From Trichoplax adhaerens (Eukaryota > Animalia > Placozoa), in assembly GCF_000150275.1 (NCBI RefSeq), contig NW_002061057.1:1-8132 (forward strand): a stretch of DNA of 8,132 bases. The letters are read 5' to 3'. Position numbers and translations under genes: made by a program. The notes beneath the pieces are model-generated. The model ran no database searches. It saw nothing but the letters and a program-made list of their open reading frames with translations, and was not told the origin of the DNA. Positions 1 to 8,132 of this stretch are shown here, one piece after another. The number at the start of each line of letters is the position of its first letter. Within the stretch, counting starts at the first letter, position 1.

Positions 1-2451
1 AAATTAGAAGCGATACAGATTTTAACATTTTTCTAGCAAAGAATGGAATTAACGCCGAATAATGATATTGTCTATAAATTATACATGCGTGTCTTACTTT
101 TAATTTTTGAATTAGTAATATTGCAGTTGTAGTCGTTATTGATTACTGAATTAGATCTAAATTGTGGTGCGGAGCGAAATAAAATTTCATCATTTCATAA
201 AATAAAAATATTTTTAATGGTAGTAAAGTTGTATTGTAATCTAGATTTCTCTGATAGGATGAATAATGACAATTAAATGTTTTCCGATCATTTCTTTTTG
301 TCTATTCATTCTCCTAAGTGATATTTTTTGTGCACCAACACACAAAACAAATTTAGATCACATTAATAATTTCTTTTATTGAACATAACAGAAATTACAA
401 TTCTAGCCTGGCATATATATTAATTAATGTGAAAAAATCTATATAACGTACAGTACATTTCACAGAAAATCTGCTATGAGGTCAAATTGGAGATGCTTTC
501 ACTTATTGATTAGAATAAAAAATCCTCTATAGTTATCTTTAAGTCATTTGTCTTAAAGTTGATTTTTTTATATTTCTAGTAATTTTGAGGTACTTTTTTA
601 GTATATACTGTTGTTATAGTTGTTAATGCAACTAAATTGTAAAAATAGTATTTTTCCGAGAGATTAATTAATACGTCTTCTGATCAACTTTTATAGAACG
701 CTTTTCTTTTCGTTAGAGCCGCTAACGACGTACAGTAATTGCTTCTATTCTTGAAAAGAATAATGCTCATTATAGTCATTTTGTTGCAAGAAAATAAACA
801 AGGGTATGAATATGTTAGTCATACACATTAATATTCATAAAATTATTGCAGATCCCTGTTCCAAAAATAAGTGCCGAACGATACTAAGCGTATACCACAA
901 TATGGGAAAGACAAATATGACTTCTTTCATAGAAACTAGGAATAGTTACGATGTTAATTCCTAAAGTAAGCAGCTTTAAAATAACTTTATTTATTCTATA
1001 TCAAAAAGTAAATATAAGTCATTTCATGTGAGATTATTTCTCAACGTTTAAAGACCTTAAATTCTTATAGCTTCATAGGAATCTACCAGATTGTTCGGCT
1101 TGTATTTAGTCATAATTAAATTTGCTAATAACTCTACTAAAAGTAATAATGATAAAAAATTTGTCTGAAACTGAAAATAATAACGAAAATAAAATTCACT
1201 CGACGATATCTCTTCACATTTCTTTCGATAATAATTATTTTTTCCTTGAAAGAATGGCTATTTCACTCCAAAAAAATCCTTTCATGCGCTGATGCACATC
1301 TCCATAAGCATATGCCTAAATAGCATACATATAGCATGGCATAAAGGTATAATTAGAATATAGATGAAATTGATAATGCTTATTTTTGATAGCCATAGAA
1401 GCGCAAGGCAAAAAAAGTTATATTCAAAGTCATCAAATCTTATCTTCCAGACTAGTGCGGGTTGTACCTCCGTATTGTTAGCAAATCAATAATAAAATAT
1501 CAGGCTGATTTATTTTATAAATCTATTCTTGATCTGAAACAAAACCAACATTTAAGAATTAGGAAAACATTTCTAAAAATATAAACAGTCATCCTTCCGA
1601 TCGACTGCGACGGTCATTATATCGCAACAGTGTCACAAGATATACTTTTGGTGTTTTGAATTAAATAAGAGTATCTAATGGGTTGTCGAAGGACTAAGCA
1701 ACTGCTATTTACATCCTACCACACGTAACGTTCGGAATTTCAATGCTTGATTAAGCCACTATTTTCGCTGCTAAAGTACATTATGCAATGGGTTCCCAAC
1801 CAATGATTGATAACTTGTAAACACGTCGTAGTTATAGTTTTTGTTTCGCATAATTACTATACTCTTTAGAGTCAATATCGAACACGTTCGAATGATCTAA
1901 TTAATAAGGAAGCAAGTTATTTTTTATCATTTCTGTGATGTTTCGGAAGGTTGAGGAAGTAAACACTACAATTTCCATCTTTCATTTAAATAATGACCTG
2001 AGAAAGGAACACAAGTGCTTTCTAGTTGTCGTGATTTAAAGGAGAGTATTTTTAAATTGATTACGAATTCTCTAAGTAGAAATTGCATTACTTACCGTAA
2101 TTAAGTTGTGTGGTATGGTGATGATATATACCTTAATCTTTTCTACTCTAGCTTCTATCTATGATAAAATGTATTGGTATGCCGTACTGAAATATAATAT
2201 AATCACTGAAATAAACGACTCTAACCATTTTTGTTTGTAGCATATTTATTAGATGTATTAGACTTATCTTTTTGAACCACTGCCTTAGCTATTACTAGCC
2301 CTCTTTTCACACTTCGGTACTAACCATTTAGCGACAGACTCATAAATATGCCATCATCATATAAAGATAATTGCGTCTACTTAATTAATCTTTACTATCA
2401 TTTTATCTTTCGGATATAATATCTAAAAGGTAATATGAATGCGAATACAGA

Positions 2452-2571
2452 CTACTTAATAGAAATGTTAGTTAAATGTTGTGATGCAGTGGATTCTGAT
2501 GGCGTAGTATCCATGGCAGAGGTAGCGGTGGTAGTAACAGCGGATACAGCAGTTGAAGGTGTAATGGAGGG
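2452..2571 (-). CDS. Putative Ser/Thr-rich (mucin-like) exon or gene fragment
   Basis: Minus-strand translation PSITPSTAVSAVTTTATSAMDTTPSESTASQHLTNISIK* (18/39 S+T, NIS sequon). Locally GC-richer with 3-nt periodicity, preceded by acceptor-like tttaacag, with an AATAAA on - at 2245-2250. Confidence 0.4.
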   Translation of the reverse strand, partial: PSITPSTAVSAVTTTATSAMDTTPSESTASQHLTNISIK

Positions 2572-2633
2572 CTGTTAAACTATAGGTATCTTGGTAGCCA
2601 TTAACAATTATAATTGTTTAAGAGTGAATAAAC

Positions 2634-3304
2634 NNNNNNNNNNNNNNNNNNNNNNNNNNNNNNNNNNNNNNNNNNNNNNNNNNNNNNNNNNNNNNNNNNN
2701 NNNNNNNNNNNNNNNNNNNNNNNNNNNNNNNNNNNNNNNNNNNNNNNNNNNNNNNNNNNNNNNNNNNNNNNNNNNNNNNNNNNNNNNNNNNNNNNNNNNN
2801 NNNNNNNNNNNNNNNNNNNNNNNNNNNNNNNNNNNNNNNNNNNNNNNNNNNNNNNNNNNNNNNNNNNNNNNNNNNNNNNNNNNNNNNNNNNNNNNNNNNN
2901 NNNNNNNNNNNNNNNNNNNNNNNNNNNNNNNNNNNNNNNNNNNNNNNNNNNNNNNNNNNNNNNNNNNNNNNNNNNNNNNNNNNNNNNNNNNNNNNNNNNN
3001 NNNNNNNNNNNNNNNNNNNNNNNNNNNNNNNNNNNNNNNNNNNNNNNNNNNNNNNNNNNNNNNNNNNNNNNNNNNNNNNNNNNNNNNNNNNNNNNNNNNN
3101 NNNNNNNNNNNNNNNNNNNNNNNNNNNNNNNNNNNNNNNNNNNNNNNNNNNNNNNNNNNNNNNNNNNNNNNNNNNNNNNNNNNNNNNNNNNNNNNNNNNN
3201 NNNNNNNNNNNNNNNNNNNNNNNNNNNNNNNNNNNNNNNNNNNNNNNNNNNNNNNNNNNNNNNNNNNNNNNNNNNNNNNNNNNNNNNNNNNNNNNNNNNN
3301 NNNN
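2634..3304. other. Assembly gap (671 N)
   Basis: Continuous run of N. Confidence 1.
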
Positions 3305-3599
3305 TTTGATATAATCTTATCATTAGTGTATATATATAAAATTCTAAAGCAATATGAATACAAGTACAAAGTATGTTATGAAAATGTTGGCTAACTATAG
3401 CGTCTAAAATGGATTTCATTATAATTGTAGGAGTAAACCTACTAATTGATATCATAAAAATTGCGTGTATTCAGTAACTTGAACATAATTCCACTATCAA
3501 AGTCAAGCGTTTTGAGTTCAAAGGTTTACGGTATAACTGATCAAGAAAATATTAAATTCGTAGGAAACTAGAATTTTATTAGATCTTATGCAAAGACAA

Positions 3600-4051
3600 T
3601 GTTTGTACAGCCCTACTCCTGCCGAGTACAACTGCTAAGCACTTCTAGAAAGAAGTACATGTCTCTCACAGGAGTAATCCCACTGTCTACTCCCTTCTAA
3701 TGTGAGCGCTCAACTAACTTACTAGCTACTTAGTCACTCCAACTAACTACGGAGAGATACTGTAAGTAAGACTAACAACTTTCTCACAAGTATAATAAGC
3801 GGCTTGCAGCAAGATTAGTTTTATGAGTTTTTACTTCTATTCATACAACGAAAGTATAGTACCTGTCGCACACTAGAGAAGTATCAACTGAGCGATATAT
3901 TTTCTGCTTGGGCTTATATACAGTACAGTTGCCACACGTAGGTGGTGCAAAGTAGAGAAACACATCTTATACAACTTACTCACTTAGTATGAGAAACAGG
4001 ATTAAAATTATTATATGACTCAGTATAACTCGAGTCCAGGTGTAAACAACA
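3600..4051 (-). other. GC-richer block (promoter/first exons of an unannotated transcript, or solo-LTR-like element)
   Basis: Hand count gives ~39% GC over 3601-4050 versus ~23% at 3541-3600 and ~18% at 4141-4260. The block begins tgtttgtaca, ends tgtaaacaaca and contains the TATA/Inr pair. No target-site duplication seen. Confidence 0.35.
3886..3920 (-). promoter_or_regulatory. RNA polymerase II core promoter: TATA box plus Initiator, predicted TSS at 3889
   Basis: Minus strand reads TATATAAG (3920-3913, matches TATAWAAR), 21 nt, then TCAGTT (3891-3886, matches TCAKTY). The first T of the TATA box is at -31 from the Inr A (3889), the canonical spacing. Confidence 0.6.
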
Positions 4052-4305
4052 TCGATTAATATCAATATAAATCAATTATTACCATTAGTAGCCAATTAAC
4101 AACTAGAGGCTCTGCACCACTATATTAATTAACAACATTAATTAATAGTAATTCTTATTGGTGCTAATTTAAATATCATTATAAATAATAATTAATCCAG
4201 ATTTTCAATTGATACTTCATATAATAAACAATTTTAGAGACTAACAAACTAATTTACAAAATACGATGACTAGTATCGTAACAGTACAGTACTAGAATAT
4301 TCTAA

Positions 4306-4647
4306 TTTGCCTGCTTATATACTTTTTTAGTATTCGCAGCTAAAATCAGCATAGCAACATTCTACCACAATTTACAGATATTCAATTATTATTATATAAT
4401 TAATAATAACATTTTACAGCAGATCATCATTAATCCAATATGGAAACAACTACAATATTTATGTAGACATTATTTCTACCAGTCAGAATACGATGAGAAA
4501 GCCATATCTTACTCGTATATGAATTACGGGTCTTTTTTACTTACAATCTTAATAGTAACTCGACACCAAACTATTTATAGTCAACTGTACCCTAGCATAG
4601 AATCTTCCACTGCAGTCTATAGTTATGAGCTACTAAATATGTCTTAA
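4306..4647 (+). other. 113-codon stop-free frame without an early ATG (possible exon or decayed TPR-like fragment)
   Basis: Open from after TAA 4303-4305 to TAA 4645-4647: FACLYTFLVF...NPIWKQLQYLCRHYFYQSEYDEKAISYSYMNYGSF...ELLNMS*. Acceptor-like attttacag ends at 4419. First ATG is at 4519. Confidence 0.2.
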
Positions 4648-5962
4648 GATAAATATAGAGAATCACGCTACCGTGCACCATACTTAACATGGATAATAGG
4701 CTATAATGTCAACACTAAGTTACGTTATAAGATTAAGTAAAGATTTATTCTTTCCCTTTAAAGAATGGTTGTAATATCAGGTTTATAAATTCTTTATAAT
4801 TTCATGCACTAACTTTAAGAAAAAAATTGGAACAGTCAGCTACTTTTCCGATAATAGAAAAATTGAAAAGCTTTAATCCTTATACCTTGAATTATTACGC
4901 GTGAATTAATGCATTTATTTGCTCAATACTGATGTTAAATTCGCCTGTAAATGAATTATCAATAATTTATTTATTAATTGCTAAGCGTATGATAATAAAA
5001 GTGTAGTAAACGTCAAAGTTTATTTTTTTTCCTATAAAATTTCATCAGTACCATTCGAATCTAATCCTGGCGATTTCATTTTTATTTTTTTTTATTTTAT
5101 TGTGTTGCTGATTGCTGTATTAGAATAACTTTGATCATAAATGCTAAGAGCACACGGTATGCATATCCTTAGAATTAACAAGCATAAAGCGATGTTTCTT
5201 ATACCTTAAAAGTTTCTAACCATACTCGTAATGTCATATAATAAACTACGTTACAAACATGTTTATGACAGTGACGAAGTTACAAAAAGATATAAGAGAA
5301 CAGCAGGAGATCATTTTAATCTGATAAGAGGAGTTAAAATTAGTTATAAGGTGATGAAGTGAACAGTAAGCATATATTCATTGATACATATCGTTGCCAT
5401 ATTGTGAATTATTCACTGTAGCTAATTTGCTTATGAAAGATTCAATCCTGTTGTAAGTTATTAAATTTGTTAAGATAGGTGCTTAAATGCTGTTTATTGC
5501 AAGTTTTTTATCTGAAAATGGGCATAAAGTGTGCTTAATTCTATCATGAGAATCGCATTATTAACTTATAACTAATAGTTTGTTGTACTAACAACTACTA
5601 CATGTTTACGGATTTATTTTAATCCATTATTAATTTAATAAGAAATGGTAATGTAACAGCATTTTATAGCAATTTGACGAAATTAAAACTATGATTGGAC
5701 TCATTTCCAAATTCTTAGCCAAGACTTGTGTACGTTTATGCTTTAAAAATATTAAAAATTAACCAACTTCAAGCAAATCATAACATTGATTAGCGTACCA
5801 GTACTTCAACTTTAGCAACTTTTGAAAGATACATCTATTCACCTATTAAATTTTAATCCATAAATCTATCATCTACAAACTATCCGCAAAAACTTAATGC
5901 AAGGCTTATTCAACACAAATTGCTTTAAAACGGTAACATTAAATTATTCAAATCACATTATA

Positions 5963-5968
5963 TTTATT
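5963..5968 (-). terminator. Candidate polyadenylation signal (AATAAA) for the GPCR
   Basis: tttatt on + reads AATAAA on -, about 170 nt past the GPCR stop. The hexamer is common in AT-rich DNA. Confidence 0.35.
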
Positions 5969-6136
5969 TAAATAAACCTGTTTTAATTTGTGTAGTTCAA
6001 TTTGCTAAGAAATATCTAAGCAAGTTAATAATACTTTCATTACAAGAACAATTCATATTTAATAGTCACATAATGTTTGGTTAATACATGTAAAGAAACA
6101 ATACAGTATGTGAGTACATTTGAAGCTTCAGGGAGA

Positions 6137-7225
6137 TTAAATCTCCGTAATTACGATATTTTCATGTCGGCTAGATTTTGCTTCACTGGGAGCCGCTGGT
6201 TTAACTTTAGGATGGAGGCAACCTGATGCCGGAGATTGGCAATGTAGCTGACTACTAATATCTTGAAATCGAAAGATTAGGTAAATCATCGGATCAATTC
6301 CTGCATTAGAAACAGGAAGTATACTAATTATTTTCTGAAATTTAGATATTTGGGTCGGTGTTCCGTTTAGGAAACTAATAGCCGCAGAAGTCGAAATGAC
6401 AAAAAACGCAAATATATTTGTAGAAGTAATAAGAATGAGCATTATCTGAAAGCGTCTTTCAAATGTAGACGATAATTGAGATCTAAATGTTAATCTTGAC
6501 TTTCTTAGTTTATATATTATTATCGTATACAAAGCGGCCGTAGTAGAGTAAGCGAGAATAAAGTAACCTAACTCGCTAAATGCCCTTATGATATGTGTTG
6601 GCGTCAAATAAAATTCGCCAAGACATATATTACGATAAAACTGAAAATAGTACGCAGACCTAAGATGAAAATAAGCGAAATTAAAGATAACAATTCCTGC
6701 AGTTGCAGCAACTCCTAATATCCATAATATCGCAGTTATAACTTTAGCTCTTTTTAAAGTCAATCTCCAATTGCTGTGCGGATAAGAAGTTAATATAAAG
6801 CGATCGATCCCAATACATAATGTTAATGATGCTGCCATAAGTAAATTTATGTTTGCTAGAAACTGCGCTATGCCGCATGTCGCGCTAACTGACCATACAT
6901 TCTTTATTAGTGAAAAATTAGCACTTGAGCCGTAGATATGTCGATAGTAGCGAGTGTAATATGAGTCCGATATGACGAGTATAAACATATAAATAGAACC
7001 CATAAGATCGCAAATAATTAAGTTAAATAACAACCATACGGAAGGATTCTTACGGGCAATCATTGAATGACGATGGTGTCCTTTCTTTCTTGCTATAAAT
7101 GATTCCCATAATATAAAGCTGATAAGAAATAGATTTAACGGTAATCCAATTAGAGCGATACACCATGCTATCGGACGTAGCGAATCAACTTCAAGAAAGA
7201 CAGAATATCGGCTGAAATTGTCCAT
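6137..7225 (-). CDS. Intronless rhodopsin-like (class A) GPCR with an LGR/RXFP/GRL101-like 7TM domain and no LRR ectodomain; orphan
   Basis: 362-aa uninterrupted ORF with seven hydrophobic segments. Class A landmarks: N31 (1.50), NLIICD with D73 (2.50), W111 and C117 (ECL1/3.25), DRF 141-143, W168 (4.50), ECL2 C201 (NICL), Y233 (5.58), DPMIY 311-315. LGR/RXFP-like signatures recognised by eye: LRPIAWCIA before TM1, CDLMGSIYMFILVISD in TM2, no TM5 proline, ILPVSNAGIDPMIY in TM7. An in-frame TAA lies four codons upstream of the ATG (7235-7237). N-glycosylation sequons at N3, N103 and N287. Confidence 0.95.
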   Translation of the reverse strand: MDNFSRYSVFLEVDSLRPIAWCIALIGLPLNLFLISFILWESFIARKKGHHRHSMIARKNPSVWLLFNLIICDLMGSIYMFILVISDSYYTRYYRHIYGSSANFSLIKNVWSVSATCGIAQFLANINLLMAASLTLCIGIDRFILTSYPHSNWRLTLKRAKVITAILWILGVAATAGIVIFNFAYFHLRSAYYFQFYRNICLGEFYLTPTHIIRAFSELGYFILAYSTTAALYTIIIYKLRKSRLTFRSQLSSTFERRFQIMLILITSTNIFAFFVISTSAAISFLNGTPTQISKFQKIISILPVSNAGIDPMIYLIFRFQDISSQLHCQSPASGCLHPKVKPAAPSEAKSSRHENIVITEI

Positions 7226-8132
7226 AAGATTACCTTATTCGATTAACGTATTATTTTACTTATTATTTAACAAATAATGTATGGTAAGATATATAATAAA
7301 CAATTGCCTATGTAAGATTTTGGTCGTTGAATATTAGTCTTATTGAATATGATAGAGTAAATGCTAACTGATATATTTTGATTTAGAATTAACGATGAGA
7401 TTTTTATTAAAATTTCTGCGCTAAGAGTTCGAATCAAAAATACGATACTACATAAATAATGTAAAGTAAGACAAAAATGAGAAATGAGCTGTTGGATTAA
7501 ACAATAGGGCACAGGGTGCAGATGATAGTAAGCATGTTAACATTAACATGAGCGCGAAATAATTCTAAGAAGGTAATTTTTCGTTTCTCTTGAACCAAAA
7601 ATAAAGATATGGACAATAATAAAAAGGCAATAAAATTAAGATAGATTATTGTAGCTTGATTTGTCGTTAATTTCTAACTGTTTGATATACAGCTTTTACT
7701 TACTGTTAAGTTGTTGATCCTAAAATCTGAATGAATACTCAGAATGAAATAAATTTTGATTTGTAGAAGAAATAGATCTTGAAGTAAGTTTTCCGTTTTT
7801 AAGGCTTCTCTATAGGATAAATAATATTTGGCATTGAAGTGACTTTGGTAAATCTGCTACGTTTAATTTTCTTTATTTTGATAAATGGTTAATATAACGA
7901 TCACTTTGCAAATGATGAATATCACGCGATTAAATCCTATCTAATCTAATACAACAATTGAAATTCGACTGTGCGGTTTATATTTTCATCCAAGCAATTA
8001 ATTATATAATTATAAATATGCATTGAAAATTAAAACACATAATAGACAGGATATTTCTCCCTAAATGAAATTTTATTTCCATTGTATTTAGTTACAGGGT
8101 GTGAAATTTACTGTATTAATCTCTGCATAGTT

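Noticed and set aside
19-206. Possible + strand terminal exon (acceptor ttttctag at 37, AATAAA at 178 and 201)
   Set aside because: Too short and truncated by the window edge; these signals are common in AT-rich DNA and no peptide is recognisable.
710-728. Hairpin tcgttag-agccg-ctaacga as a Helitron end or intrinsic terminator
   Set aside because: No CTRR terminus at the expected distance on either strand; eukaryotic context; a 7-bp stem can arise by chance.
1305-1343. Repeated gcat motifs as a tandem repeat or CRISPR-like array
   Set aside because: Irregular spacing and only a 4-6 nt core; no repeat-spacer structure anywhere in the window.
2465-2578. Plus-strand Val/Ala-rich ORF MLVKCCDAVDSDGVVSMAEVAVVV...
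   Set aside because: Best explained as the antisense shadow of the Ser/Thr-rich minus-strand frame.
2591-3455. Three ORF-track entries (267, 284 and 253 aa) spanning the gap
   Set aside because: Their length comes from N codons; the flanking residues are AT-rich I/Y/L/N-biased translation with no recognisable motif.
3670-3694. Minus-strand hairpin with CAGTG in the loop resembling an iron-responsive element
   Set aside because: The five bases flanking CAGUGN do not pair and there is no bulged C, so it does not fit the IRE consensus.
4123-4147. AT-only inverted repeat tattaattaa-caaca-ttaattaata (similarly 7999-8012)
   Set aside because: Low-complexity A/T palindromes are expected at this base composition.
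7267-7512. 81-aa minus-strand ORF upstream of the GPCR, as an ectodomain exon or gene
   Set aside because: Non-ATG (GTG) start, I/L/S-rich composition typical of AT-rich non-coding DNA, no LRR pattern, and it ends in a stop before the GPCR.
7234-7703. Possible 5' intron of the GPCR (GTAAGT donor at 7703, AG at 7234)
   Set aside because: The acceptor lacks a pyrimidine tract and the upstream frame hits a stop within six codons; unsupported without transcript data.

Overview
AT-rich animal genomic DNA with a 671-nt assembly gap (2634-3304). The base composition, frequent CpG and receptor type suggest a non-bilaterian or other invertebrate, possibly placozoan-like; this is inference only. The one well-supported gene is an intronless minus-strand class A GPCR (6137-7225, 362 aa). 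Its 7TM core resembles the LGR/RXFP/glycoprotein-hormone-receptor group, but it has no LRR ectodomain and shows unusual TM6/TM7 substitutions: N6.44/D7.49 reciprocal to the family's D6.44/N7.49, and no P6.50. Reading by eye also shows: a canonically spaced minus-strand TATA+Initiator promoter inside a GC-richer ~450-bp block bounded by TG...CA (3600-4051; unannotated transcript or solo LTR); a Ser/Thr-rich exon-like segment just left of the gap (2452-2571, minus); and a 113-codon stop-free plus-strand frame with a weak TPR-like motif (4306-4647). The three gap-spanning ORFs are artefacts. I cannot support a new multi-gene system from this window alone.
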